From contig JAWOID010000063.1 in the NCBI GenBank assembly GCA_046484865.1, positions 32,001-96,000 of the forward strand: a stretch of DNA of 64,000 nt. Reading direction: 5' to 3'. Each line of letters starts with the position of its first letter. Within the stretch, counting starts at the first letter, position 1. Made by a program: the position numbers and the translations under genes. The DNA is from Candidatus Krumholzibacteriia bacterium (lineage in GTDB: Bacteria > Krumholzibacteriota > Krumholzibacteriia > LZORAL124-64-63). Positions 1-9,370 of this stretch are shown here, piece after piece. A model generated the notes under the pieces. It was not told the DNA's origin. It worked only from the letters and a program-made list of their open reading frames with translations, and ran no database searches.

Positions 1-379
1 GCTGCTGCTGTACACGGTGCTCGAGGGCACCGCCAACCTGGCGCGAGGCGATCTGGTCCCCTCCCGCGTGCGCAGCAGTGCCCAGGCGGGGGCCGCCCTC
101 GTCGACAGTTTCGTGAACGTGGTGGTGGACGGCGGGGACGTCGATGCGGCCGACGAACTCATCGCGGCGGGATTGCGCAACAATGGACCGCTGTACGGCC
201 TGGGGTGGAGTCTGGCGAGCCAGCTCGCCGCCGCCGAGGGACCGCAAGCGGTCGGGCGTTACCTGAGGCGCGGACCGGTGGCTTTCGTGGAAGCGGCGGC
301 CCGATACGACCACGGAAGATTCCTGAAGCCGCGTGTGCTGGAGTCGGTGCAGGAACTGCGAGCGGCTGCCGGCAGGTAA
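1..379 (+). CDS. hypothetical protein, C-terminal part (possibly DUF5700-like putative Zn-dependent protease); 5' end outside window
   Basis: The frame is open from the window edge to TAA at 377-379. The LEGTA...GPLYGLG...GPVAF pattern recalls the C-terminus of putative Zn peptidases, but no HEXXH is visible in this fragment. Confidence 0.4.
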   Translation, partial: LLLYTVLEGTANLARGDLVPSRVRSSAQAGAALVDSFVNVVVDGGDVDAADELIAAGLRNNGPLYGLGWSLASQLAAAEGPQAVGRYLRRGPVAFVEAAARYDHGRFLKPRVLESVQELRAAAGR

Positions 380-427
380 GGTCTGGCGGGCATTCGAACA
401 GCCGCAGCAGGCCGCTCCTGAATCAGG

Positions 428-985
428 CTAGACGTAGCGGCGCACGCGCGCGCGGTAGGCATCGTACGCCGCTCCGAAGCGGCGGTGCAGATCGCGTTCC
501 TCCACGAGAACGATCCGGTGGTGGATCAGCGCGGCCACCACCATGGCGCCGACGGGCACGACCCCGGGAGCGTAGAGGACGGCGCCCAGGTGCAGGAGAC
601 CGGCGCCCAGGTACATCGGGTTGCGGCTCACCGCGTAGATGCCGCCGGTCTGCAGGGTGGTCTCCTCCCGCGGCAGCCCCGAGCGGGTGGCCGGACCGAG
701 GTGCACGAACGCCAGGACCGTCGTCAGCGCCCCCATTAGCGCGAGCAGCGCCGCGGACCAGCCACGCAGCGACGGGGGCGCATCGCCACCGAGCAGATCG
801 CCGGCCGCCGCCAGACCGAGCACCACCACCGGCGTCGCCAGCGCCACCTTGCCCACGTAGAACAGCGGCGCCGGCACCGGCAAGCGCCCGATCCCTTCCA
901 CGCCGAGCCGGACGAGCCGCCGGGCGGTGACGGTGAAGATCACGGCGACGCTCGCCAGGCTAACCACGATGATCAGAGCAGGCAT
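428..985 (-). CDS. isoprenylcysteine carboxylmethyltransferase / PEMT family membrane methyltransferase
   Basis: Several TM helices; motifs LQTGGIYAVSRNPMYLG and EERDL..RFG..YDAYRARVRR; AGGA upstream of the ATG at 985. Confidence 0.88.
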   Translation of the reverse strand: MPALIIVVSLASVAVIFTVTARRLVRLGVEGIGRLPVPAPLFYVGKVALATPVVVLGLAAAGDLLGGDAPPSLRGWSAALLALMGALTTVLAFVHLGPATRSGLPREETTLQTGGIYAVSRNPMYLGAGLLHLGAVLYAPGVVPVGAMVVAALIHHRIVLVEERDLHRRFGAAYDAYRARVRRYV

Positions 986-1474
986 GGGCGGTTCCTGGAG
1001 CTGCTGGGCGTCCACGCACGACCCGTGACGAAAGCGAACGGGCGGCATGGTACCACATGGTTGTCGGCTGGAGGAGAGGCGCATAGCCAGTCTGTGCGCG
1101 GCCGGTCGGCACCGCGAGCTGAGGGCGAACCGCAGACCTGGGTGTGGCCTTGAAGAAGGAGGGATGAACGACAATCGAACCGTTGACCATCGTCCAACCC
1201 AGTGGCTTCCGACGCGGCGGAGGAGTGATGCGAGGCGACGTAGCATCGCGGGTCGCGACCAGGACTGGAAGGCGGCGCCTCGTGAATCGCCCGGGGCAAC
1301 GGGCCGGGCTGACGGGGTTTTTGCCGCCGATCGGCATAGCCTATCTGAATATCCTTGTTCCAGAATATCGAGGCTGCTACCCTGGCCGGGTCGGCCGCGC
1401 GAGCAGCCGATGCCTCGCCCGATAACCTCTCTGACAGCGCGATTTACGATGTATCCGAGGGAAGTGTCATCGCG

Positions 1475-1792
1475 ATGGGCGATCTGAAAATGAGTGTGGG
1501 GCTTGCAATCGTTCTCACTGGCTTCCCGCTGGCCGCATGGCTCGGCGCCATCCTTACTCGCGAGGGGCGGCCGCTGGCCCGCGTCGTCGAGCGCCATTTT
1601 CGGTTTCTTGTCATAGGTCTCTTTGTGTTCAACCTATGCTTGAGCCTCTTGGCCGACGAACAGAATGTGCCCGCGGCCCGAATTCTCGAGCTTACAGTGT
1701 TCTATCTGTTGGTCATGCTGTTCGTGCCGATGCTCCGGCGCCTCCAGCACAAGACGGAGCAATCGCTGAGCACCAACAAGCCAAGAAGGTAG
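1475..1792 (+). CDS. small hypothetical membrane protein (about 3 TM helices)
   Basis: Three hydrophobic stretches; GAGGGA upstream of the ATG at 1475; region is lower in GC than its flanks. Confidence 0.5.
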   Translation: MGDLKMSVGLAIVLTGFPLAAWLGAILTREGRPLARVVERHFRFLVIGLFVFNLCLSLLADEQNVPAARILELTVFYLLVMLFVPMLRRLQHKTEQSLSTNKPRR

Positions 1793-1880
1793 CAGGTAAA
1801 CAGGCGGTCGCGTCGAGTTTCCCGGGTGAAGGCACACAAGGGCAGCGGTTGCTCACAGCAGATAGCGAGGAGCCGATCGA

Positions 1881-2117
1881 ATGAAAATCAGGCGTGAGAT
1901 GTCAGGGCGCGAGAGACGATTGGCAGGCGCACTGATCGCGTTCGGCTTGCTGGCGGTGATTCTCTCAGCGTTCTCGATGGGGCTTCGCCATCTGGACCCT
2001 GAGCCCGGCCCTGTTACCGGTGGCGGCCGCGGCGCCGTCATGTTCGTCGGAATTCTCGTGACGATTGCCGGCGTGATGATCAGTCGCAGGCGGCAACTGA
2101 AGACCGGTACTCGGTGA
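1881..2117 (+). CDS. small hypothetical membrane protein (2 TM helices)
   Basis: GAGGAG upstream of the ATG; two hydrophobic helices with basic flanks. Confidence 0.5.
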   Translation: MKIRREMSGRERRLAGALIAFGLLAVILSAFSMGLRHLDPEPGPVTGGGRGAVMFVGILVTIAGVMISRRRQLKTGTR

Positions 2118-2208
2118 ACCGGCCTTGCGTGATTGCGCTCCGCATCGCTCCGGGGCCCGGAGTTCGGCCTCCAGGCCGCGGTCAACGCCGATCCGCTGGG
2201 GACAGACC

Positions 2209-3576
2209 GTGAGGAACATCGTCCTGATCGTGGTGGACACGCTGCGGCCCGACCGCCTGGGCTGCTACGGCTATGGTCGGCCGACGTCGCCGCACCTGGA
2301 CCGCCTGGCCGCCGAGGGTGTGGTGTTCGACGCCATGTGGTCGGCCTCCAACTACACCGCTCCAGCCTTCACCTCGCTGTTCACGGGACTGCATCCGCAC
2401 GAGCACGGGATCTTCGACTTCACCGCCCAGACGGGCGGTTCCGCGCTGCACGACGCGGTCCGCGCGGCGGGACTGCAGACCGGCGGGGTGGTGACCTTCC
2501 GCTTCTTCCGCAACCTGCTGCGCCATGCCTGGGGCGAACTGGAGGCGGTCACCGAGGGCCGCAGCTTCGATCACGCCAAGGACCTGCCCTTGGCGGTCAC
2601 CGCGGGCGCGCTGGAGTGGCTCGACCGACGCCCGGCGGACCAGCCCTTCGCCCTGTTCCTGCACTACGATGGGCCGCACATGCCCTACCGTCTGCCCGAC
2701 CGGTTCGCGGAGTTCTTCGACTCGCCCGAGGCGGCCGGAGTGGCGCCCGACTTGCAGGCCGTGCTCTTTCCTCAGCATGCCGAACGGCTCGAGCACCAGC
2801 CCGGCCCTTCCATCCACCGCCTGATCGAGGCGGTGTCCTGGGGCCGCCGCCGGTTCACGCCGGAGGATCTGGCCTGGCTGCGGGACAAGTACGACGCCTC
2901 CGTGCGCTACAACGACGAGGCCATCGGCGGTTTCCTGGCCGGTCTCGACGAGCGGGGCCTGGCCGAAGGGACGATCGTCTGCGTGCTGTCGGATCACGGC
3001 GAGGCCTTCTGCGAACATGGCAGCCTCGGCCACGGCGGCATCCACCTGTACGAGGAGATCGTCCGCACCGTGGGCATCGTGCGCGACCCCGGCCGGCCGG
3101 CGGTCGCGGGCACGCGCTGCGGCCGACCCGTCAGCCACGTCGACGTGTGGCCCACGCTGCTGCGCCTGGCCGGCGTGCCCTGGCCTGCGGCGGGCTTCAG
3201 CGACCTGGGGGAGGGCGCCGACGGTGGCGCCGAGCTGCCGGTCTTCTGCCAGGGGAAAGCCAAGGCGGCGGTGCGCCGCGGGAGCCTGAAGGCCATCCTG
3301 CCGCGGCCGAACCCGGGGCTGGCGGGCCTGCGGCGGCTGCGCATCCTGGCCAAGATGGCATTGCGCCGCGAACTGGGCGTCGAGCTGTACGACCTGGCGG
3401 CCGATCCGGGTGAAACGCGCAACCTGGCCCGCGACCGCTCGCTTGCGCAGCCCCTGCGCCGCCTGCTGGAGGAGCATCTGGCGACGGTGCGCCCGGCGGT
3501 GGCGCCCGGTGGCGGCCCCGACGACGCGGAGCGGCGCCGCATCGAGCAGGAGATGCGCGACCTGGGCTACATGTAG
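2209..3576 (+). CDS. sulfatase-like hydrolase (alkaline phosphatase superfamily)
   Basis: NIVLIVVDTLRPD, YTAPAFTSLFTG, PHMPY, SDHGE, ELYDLAADPGE and a C-terminal LGY motif. GTG start chosen at 2209. Confidence 0.9.
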   Translation: MRNIVLIVVDTLRPDRLGCYGYGRPTSPHLDRLAAEGVVFDAMWSASNYTAPAFTSLFTGLHPHEHGIFDFTAQTGGSALHDAVRAAGLQTGGVVTFRFFRNLLRHAWGELEAVTEGRSFDHAKDLPLAVTAGALEWLDRRPADQPFALFLHYDGPHMPYRLPDRFAEFFDSPEAAGVAPDLQAVLFPQHAERLEHQPGPSIHRLIEAVSWGRRRFTPEDLAWLRDKYDASVRYNDEAIGGFLAGLDERGLAEGTIVCVLSDHGEAFCEHGSLGHGGIHLYEEIVRTVGIVRDPGRPAVAGTRCGRPVSHVDVWPTLLRLAGVPWPAAGFSDLGEGADGGAELPVFCQGKAKAAVRRGSLKAILPRPNPGLAGLRRLRILAKMALRRELGVELYDLAADPGETRNLARDRSLAQPLRRLLEEHLATVRPAVAPGGGPDDAERRRIEQEMRDLGYM

Positions 3577-3603
3577 CGACGCGGTTTCGGCTCCCTTCCG
3601 CGA

Positions 3604-4689
3604 TCAGGAACACTCGACGTAGCCCGAAGCCATGGCCCAGTCGATCAGTTCCGCCATCGCGTTGCACACGTAGTACGTGCTGAGATGCAAGTAGAAGTCG
3701 AGTTGCACCGAATCCGCGAAGCAGGGGTAGTCGCAGCTCAGCTGAGCGATGCAGTACTGCATGTACCCGCACATGATGACCTGGTAGATCCTGACGAGCA
3801 CGTTCTTCGAGTTGCCCAGGAAGAACTCGGTGACGTAGATCTGCGCCTGCAGGCGCAGGTACTCCCTGAGTTCATCGTAGAACGCCTCGGTCAACGCATC
3901 GCAGACCCCGCATGAGCCGTGCAGGCTGTTCTGGATGGCGCGCACGTTGTCGGCGGCGGTCTCGCCTGCGGCGACGAGCGAGGTCCCGACGATCCGCAGG
4001 GCTTCACAGGTCAACGCTCTTCGATCCGCGAGGGCCTCGGTCTGCAACCGGTCCAGTTCGGCCTGGATCTCCAGCCAGCCTCCCTCGCCGTGCAACTCGA
4101 CCATGACGGGGTCCAGGTAGAGATCGAAGTCGACGTCCTCGAGGTCGACCTTGCCCCAGGTCCACAGTGGCCGGTGGCGGTGCGTCTTGACGGTCAACCG
4201 TTCTTCGTCCAGCCGGACCGGGACCTCGAGCCGGTAGATGCCGGCCGCCGCGTCGAAGCGGAACGCCATGATCTTCTCGCCCGGCTCGGCGGTCAACGTT
4301 CGCAAGGGGAACGACAGCTCGAATTCCAGCGAGTCCGGAGCCTCGATCCGGCGCTCCAGGTCGATCGCGCGGCTGATGTCGAGTTCCAGCCCGCCGGTGA
4401 GGAAGCCGTCGTAGCCCACGAGACCGGCGGGGAAATTCGGGGTCGTGAAGGTGGAGTGGTACATCATGGACACCGACCAGCACTGGTCCCAGGCTTCCGG
4501 CGCCACGCCGAGCGAGACGCCGTTGAGCGGGCTGTCGATGGCGGTCTCGGTGATGACGCCGCCCTCGGGACCGATGCAGTCAGGGTCCGGTTCGATGCCG
4601 GCCGGTCCGTCATCCTGGCACGAGCAGAGCAGCGCCCCCGCGGCGAGCGCCAGGATCACCGCGGGAAGGTGGGCGCGTCGTCTCGTCAT
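3604..4689 (-). CDS. hypothetical lipoprotein with Cys-rich C-terminal region
   Basis: Basic N-terminus, hydrophobic stretch and lipobox-like LLCSC; IGPEGGVI motif; many Cys in the last ~130 aa. Confidence 0.65.
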   Translation of the reverse strand: MTRRRAHLPAVILALAAGALLCSCQDDGPAGIEPDPDCIGPEGGVITETAIDSPLNGVSLGVAPEAWDQCWSVSMMYHSTFTTPNFPAGLVGYDGFLTGGLELDISRAIDLERRIEAPDSLEFELSFPLRTLTAEPGEKIMAFRFDAAAGIYRLEVPVRLDEERLTVKTHRHRPLWTWGKVDLEDVDFDLYLDPVMVELHGEGGWLEIQAELDRLQTEALADRRALTCEALRIVGTSLVAAGETAADNVRAIQNSLHGSCGVCDALTEAFYDELREYLRLQAQIYVTEFFLGNSKNVLVRIYQVIMCGYMQYCIAQLSCDYPCFADSVQLDFYLHLSTYYVCNAMAELIDWAMASGYVECS

Positions 4690-4783
4690 TTCGGCTTCCC
4701 ATTCATCATGGTCCCCCGTCATGCGGTTCCGGTCGCCCCGGACGTGGGGCGTGCCGCATCCCGCCGGCGGTGAAGCGCCGTTG

Positions 4784-5392
4784 CTAGCGGATGAGGATGC
4801 CGATGTGGACACCGAGCGTCAGGTTGGAATAGTCCCAGCCCTTGTCCAGGCCCTCCGCCTCCTGCACGCCGTCCACGTCCTGGGTCAGCATGTACTTCAC
4901 GTGCGCGCCCGCGATGAATCCACCCAGCTCGAGATGGAGATTGGCGAGCGCCTGCGTGCCCAGCACCCAGTCGTCGATCTCGATGTCGTTGTCCGAGCCG
5001 AACCAGCTGGACTCCTCGTAACTGACCTTGTTGTAGGAAAGACCGGCGCCGAGATCGAAGCGGAAGACACTGCCGAGGGTGAAGGCTCTTTTCCCGTTCA
5101 GCTCGAACATGCCGATGCTGGATTCGTCGCTGAACAGCCCCAGGCTCGCGCCGACGCCGGCCTCCGCTCCCAGGTACCAGTTCCGCCCCACATGCTTGTA
5201 GCCGGCCACGCCGATCTGGAGTCCGGCGTCATCGGTGTCGAACGTGACGTGTTGCATCGTCATCGCACCGACCTGGAAGTAGACGTGGTAATCTCCGAGT
5301 GGAGGGGCTTCCTGGGCGGGGGCTTCCCGGGCGGCCAGAGGGCTGCAGGTCGACAACAGAAAGACCACCGAAATCATCAACTTGGACTTCAT
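4784..5392 (-). CDS. outer-membrane beta-barrel protein (8-strand, OmpA/porin-like)
   Basis: Signal peptide; alternating amphipathic strands (FRFDLGAGLSY, AGAHVKY, LTLGVHIG). Confidence 0.75.
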   Translation of the reverse strand: MKSKLMISVVFLLSTCSPLAAREAPAQEAPPLGDYHVYFQVGAMTMQHVTFDTDDAGLQIGVAGYKHVGRNWYLGAEAGVGASLGLFSDESSIGMFELNGKRAFTLGSVFRFDLGAGLSYNKVSYEESSWFGSDNDIEIDDWVLGTQALANLHLELGGFIAGAHVKYMLTQDVDGVQEAEGLDKGWDYSNLTLGVHIGILIR

Positions 5393-5513
5393 TCCGGACC
5401 TTTCCGTCCGCGCAACTGGTGAAGGGCCAACGGGAGTGCCTCGTGGCGTTTGCGCGAATGATTGACGCTAGCACAGGAGGGGAGGGGCGGCGAGGATATT
5501 ACCGCCGCTGAGC

Positions 5514-5567
5514 GTTGCCGGGCGCCGAGCAGTTGCCGGGCGCCGAGCAGTTGCCGGACACCGGACA
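5514..5567. repeat. 18-bp tandem repeat GTTGCCGGGCGCCGAGCA, 2 perfect copies plus 1 degenerate
   Basis: Read directly; lies in the divergent intergenic region between the beta-barrel and flavin reductase genes. Confidence 0.85.
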
Positions 5568-5668
5568 GATCGACGGTTCGCTTCGACGCCGATCTGATAG
5601 ATCATCGTGATCTGAAGGGGGAGACCCCGGACAAGGACCACCAGCCCTCGTACCATGGAAGGGCCCGC

Positions 5669-6211
5669 ATGCCCCGCCGCAGCCTCATCCCCGTCGAGTC
5701 CCTGACCACCCGCCCCGTCCACCTGTTCGACAAGCAGTGGTTGCTGCTGACGGCCGGCGACCTGGCCGCCGGCGAATTCAACTCCATGACCGTGTCGTGG
5801 GGCAGCCTGGGCGTGATCTGGCACCGGCCGTTCGCCATGGTCGTGGTGCGGCCGAACCGTCACACCTACGGCTTCATGGAGCGGTTCGACACCTTCACCC
5901 TCTGCGCTTTCCCCGAGGCGCAGCGCGACGCCCTGAACCTCATGGGCACGCGCAGCGGGCGGGACCTGGACAAGGTCGCGGCCACCGGCCTCACGCCCGA
6001 GGCGGCCACGGCGGTGCCGGCGCCGGTCTATCGCGAGGCCGAGCTGGCCATCGAGTGCCGCAAGATCTACCTCGACGACCTCGATCCCGCGCGGTTCCTC
6101 GACCCGAAGATCATGGACGAGTACCCGGGGCGCGACTTCCACCGCATGTACTTCGGCGAGATCCTCGCCGCGAGCGGGGGGGCAAGGTTCGGCGGGGGAG
6201 CGGCGGGCTGA
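5669..6211 (+). CDS. flavin reductase family protein
   Basis: WLLLTAG, FNSMTVSWG, VRPNRHT, GTRSGRDLDK, HRMYFGEI. Confidence 0.9.
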   Translation: MPRRSLIPVESLTTRPVHLFDKQWLLLTAGDLAAGEFNSMTVSWGSLGVIWHRPFAMVVVRPNRHTYGFMERFDTFTLCAFPEAQRDALNLMGTRSGRDLDKVAATGLTPEAATAVPAPVYREAELAIECRKIYLDDLDPARFLDPKIMDEYPGRDFHRMYFGEILAASGGARFGGGAAG

Positions 6212-6261
6212 GCCTGCGGTCGAGCAGAAACGGTTCCAGAGCGGTGGCTCCAGCAGCATGG

Positions 6262-6290
6262 TTGACCGGTTCGCAAGGCGTCGTTAGCAT
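6262..6290 (+). promoter_or_regulatory. putative sigma70 promoter TTGACC-N17-TAGCAT
   Basis: Near-consensus -35 and -10 with a 17-bp spacer, ending 68 bp upstream of the nucleotidyltransferase start. Confidence 0.6.
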
Positions 6291-6358
6291 CGGGAGGTGA
6301 CGTACACTACGGCCGCGGGCGAACACCGCGGCCGACCCGGACGGGAATCGAGACGACC

Positions 6359-6874
6359 ATGGAATTGCGGAGCTTCGAGGCCGTCATGCGAGCGCTCGCC
6401 ACCGAGGGCGCGCGCAGCATCCTCGTCGGCGGAATGGCCGTTGTCTCTCACGGCCATGGCCGGATGACTCATGACCTGGACCTCGTCATCGATCTCACCC
6501 CCCGGAACATCCGGCGCACATTCGCGGCGCTCGCGACGCTCGGTTACCGCCCCCGGGTACCGGTCGATGCGGAAGGTTTCGCAGATCCGGAGATGCGTCG
6601 GTCGTGGATCGAGGAGAAGCACATGACGGTGCTCAACTTCGACTCCGACCGTTTCCGCACCACGCCCGTCGACATCTTCGTCGTTATGCCCTTCGACTTC
6701 GACGGTGCCTACGAGAAGGCTGTCGTCGCAGACGTCAACGGCATTGCGGTAAGGATCGTCGACCTGCAGACCTTGATCGCGATGAAGGAGGCTGCCGGCC
6801 GACCGATCGATCTCGACGACGCGCGTCACCTGCGACTGCTCGGTGATGACACTGAAAGGGACGATCGCCTGTGA
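6359..6874 (+). CDS. nucleotidyltransferase (Pol-beta superfamily; AbiEii/DUF6036-like)
   Basis: VGGMAV..HG..RMTHDLD catalytic signature; PVDIF; C-terminal MK..GRPIDLDD. Confidence 0.85.
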   Translation: MELRSFEAVMRALATEGARSILVGGMAVVSHGHGRMTHDLDLVIDLTPRNIRRTFAALATLGYRPRVPVDAEGFADPEMRRSWIEEKHMTVLNFDSDRFRTTPVDIFVVMPFDFDGAYEKAVVADVNGIAVRIVDLQTLIAMKEAAGRPIDLDDARHLRLLGDDTERDDRL

Positions 6875-7053
6875 CCCCTCCCGCGTCCCGCTATCCCGAG
6901 AACCCGCCGGACTGGACCTCCGACTGGGAAGCCGCCCGCCGCGAGCAGATGCGACGCTTCCGCGAGCTTCCGCTGGCCGAGAAGATCAAGGCGGTCGAGG
7001 AGATGGAGCGCCTTGCGCAGGTCTTGCAGGACGCGGTCAAGAAGCGCTCTTGA
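6871..7053 (+). CDS. small helical hypothetical protein, translationally coupled to the nucleotidyltransferase
   Basis: GTGA start/stop overlap; amphipathic helices WEAARREQMRRFRELPLAEKIKAVEEM. Confidence 0.7.
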   Translation: MTPPASRYPENPPDWTSDWEAARREQMRRFRELPLAEKIKAVEEMERLAQVLQDAVKKRS

Positions 7054-7074
7054 GATCCCGCGGTTCGGGGCTCG

Positions 7075-7638
7075 TCACCCCTCGAACGACACGTCCACCA
7101 CCTGCCGTACCGTCGACGACTCCACCTCGAAGAACTCCGCCTCGTGGAACCCGAACAGACCGGCCACGATGTTCGAGGGGAAGATCTCGACGCGCGTGTT
7201 CAGGTCGCGCACGTTGGCGTTGTAGAAGCGGCGGGCGCGCTGGATGCGGTCCTCGGTGGCGGCCAGCTCTTCCTGCAGCGCGAGGAAGTTGCGGCTGGCC
7301 TTCAGCTCGGGATAGCTCTCGGCCACGGCCAGGAGCCGGCGCACGCCCTCGACCAGCGGCTGCTCGTCGCTCGCCTGCTGCCCCGGGCTGCCGTGGGAGG
7401 CCTCCGCGCGCGCGCGGGCCTCGGTGACGCGGGCGAACAGCTCCCGCTCGTGGGCGGCGTAGCCCTTCACGGTCTCCACCAGGTTGGGGATCAGGTCGTA
7501 GCGCCGCTTCAGCTCGGTGTCGATGTCCGACCACGATTCCGCGACGTGCTGCCGCACCCGCACCAGAGCGTTGTAGTTGAGGACCACCCAGAGCACGAGC
7601 AGCCCGAGCAGGCCGAACACGACCACGAACGGATCCAT
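7075..7638 (-). CDS. lemA: LemA family protein
   Basis: N-terminal TM; YNALV..R, WSDIDTELKRRYDLIPNLVETVKGY, YPELKAS.NF, ARRFYN, FPSNIVA. Confidence 0.95.
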   Translation of the reverse strand: MDPFVVVFGLLGLLVLWVVLNYNALVRVRQHVAESWSDIDTELKRRYDLIPNLVETVKGYAAHERELFARVTEARARAEASHGSPGQQASDEQPLVEGVRRLLAVAESYPELKASRNFLALQEELAATEDRIQRARRFYNANVRDLNTRVEIFPSNIVAGLFGFHEAEFFEVESSTVRQVVDVSFEG

Positions 7639-8306
7639 CAGCGCCCTCCCCGGAGCTGGGCCAGCACGTCTTCGGGTACGAGTTCGAGCATCTTGCGGGC
7701 CACCTTCAGGTCGGCGTGGCAGCGGGACGCGGCCAGCGCCCCCGAGCGATAGACCGCGATCTCGGCGAAGCCGAACTCGATCGTGGGCGCGTCGATCCCC
7801 AGCAGGTACTCCATCGTCCCGGTGTGGATGACGTCGTAGGCCCAGCGCCGGTCGGACGACGACACGTGGAACCGGCGGCTGAACTCCGACGACTCGAAGT
7901 CGATGTCGCCGTGGCCGAAGAACTCGCCCACCTGGTCGAAGACGTGCTCGCGGCGGATACGCAGCGGGATCAGCGGCGTGCCGGCATCCAGGACCACCAT
8001 GCCGTAGCGGTGCGTCTTCCGGTTCTTGCCCGAGCCGGTGGTGAAGCGGTAGTCGAGGCACCGGATGCGACGGCCGTCCACCTCGCCCTCGACGTGCAAA
8101 GCAGTGTGCCGGCTCCGGCCGCGGCCCAGCAGCTTGAACGCCGGCAGGTCACGCTCCCAGCCGCGCCGCGACTCCTCGTGCAGCGTGAAGCCCTGGCTGC
8201 GGGCCCAGGCGCGCAGCAGCCGCCGGCGCTTGCGGTCGTGGACGTAGGCGAGGATCGCGGCGGTCAGCGCGGCGACGATGAATCCGACGACGAGCAGCGT
8301 TTCCAA
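7638..8306 (-). CDS. membrane-anchored hypothetical protein coupled to LemA
   Basis: N-terminal TM; DIDFESSEFSRRF motif; stop overlaps the lemA start. Confidence 0.75.
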   Translation of the reverse strand: METLLVVGFIVAALTAAILAYVHDRKRRRLLRAWARSQGFTLHEESRRGWERDLPAFKLLGRGRSRHTALHVEGEVDGRRIRCLDYRFTTGSGKNRKTHRYGMVVLDAGTPLIPLRIRREHVFDQVGEFFGHGDIDFESSEFSRRFHVSSSDRRWAYDVIHTGTMEYLLGIDAPTIEFGFAEIAVYRSGALAASRCHADLKVARKMLELVPEDVLAQLRGGR

Positions 8307-8390
8307 GGATAGCCCTCCAACCGATGTGCGGTCGCGATCATAGAGGGATCTACCCCGGATGTCTCGGCTCTATGCGCTGCACGGTCCCGT

Positions 8391-9197
8391 TCAGCCGCCG
8401 AGGGCCGCCTGGAGGGCCACGTGCGCGCCCACGGCCAGACCGCCGAGCTCGTCGTCGTCCAGGAAACCGGGCTTCATGATCAGGTGGAAACCCACCTCCA
8501 CCAGGGGCGCGCTCGCCCCCACGGGAAAGATGAACCCACCCTGGAGCGCCGGCAGCACGCGGGCCGAGCCGGCGCGCCGTGTGCCGTAGGGCATGTCGTC
8601 CAGCGTGCGGTCGTGGTCCACGATGCCCACGCCCAGTTCGAGGTACGAGAGATGGCGCGCCCGGCCGCCCTTGTTGCCGTGGAAGCCCAGGAGAAACAGG
8701 TATTCATCGAGCTTCAGGCTGACATCGCCGCCCCACTCGCCCGCGTCTGCGCGGTCGCCCTGCTGCCGCCGGAAGACGAACGTGAGATGGGTGCGCGCCC
8801 CCACCGACTGGCGCAGCTGGGCATGATAGTCGATTCCCGCCCCCACCTCCTCGTACCAGTCGCCGGCCAGGTAGCCCATCCCGAACCCCACACCGACGAG
8901 CGTCCCGAAGAGTCGTTCGCGCGGCTCTCCGGGCGACGTCGGTTCGCCGCCTCGCGCGGGAACCGCCGGCGCGGCCGGGACGGAAGGCTTGCCGGCGCCG
9001 ATCTCGCGGTCGGGTGCACCCGCGGGCGCCGCCGGCGCCACCTGTGCCGACGCGCCAATCGACGCGGACGCGCCAATCGACGCGGACGCGCCAATCGACG
9101 CGGACGCGCCAACCGGCGCACCGAGCAGACCCGCCAGGAGCACGAAAGCCGCGGCCGGAACCCACCGGCGGCGAAAGTCGAATGATGACCTGAGCAC
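8391..9197 (-). CDS. putative outer-membrane beta-barrel protein with low-complexity N-terminal linker
   Basis: GGGAGG RBS before the GTG at 9197; signal peptide; ASIGAS repeats; amphipathic strands (YLELGVG, LQGGFIF, VEVGFH). Confidence 0.6.
   Translation of the reverse strand: MLRSSFDFRRRWVPAAAFVLLAGLLGAPVGASASIGASASIGASASIGASAQVAPAAPAGAPDREIGAGKPSVPAAPAVPARGGEPTSPGEPRERLFGTLVGVGFGMGYLAGDWYEEVGAGIDYHAQLRQSVGARTHLTFVFRRQQGDRADAGEWGGDVSLKLDEYLFLLGFHGNKGGRARHLSYLELGVGIVDHDRTLDDMPYGTRRAGSARVLPALQGGFIFPVGASAPLVEVGFHLIMKPGFLDDDELGGLAVGAHVALQAALGG
9049..9112. repeat. 18-bp in-frame tandem repeat, 3.5 copies (encodes ASIGAS)
   Basis: GACGCGCCAATCGACGCG at 9049, 9067 and 9085, partial copy at 9103. 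Confidence 0.9.
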
Positions 9198-9370
9198 GGT
9201 GGTGATCCTCCCTGCCGAAGCCGATCGGGACGGCAGGAGGTTATCGGGCGGAAGGAGCACGGTCAACTCGCCGTGCGGCCGGGCGGAGCGGTCTCCGACC
9301 CGAGCACGCTCCGGAGCGGCGGCGGCCGGCACGGCTCCGGGCACGAGGCCATCCCTGCGTGCCCCTCTGG

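Noticed and set aside
1047..1487. ORF with a GGAGG RBS before MNDNRT
   Set aside because: The product is Arg-rich, has no motif and overlaps the next plausible gene, so support is insufficient.
5514..5567. Short repeats here and at 34088 considered as CRISPR arrays
   Set aside because: Units are 14-18 bp, directly adjacent, with no unique spacers and no cas genes.
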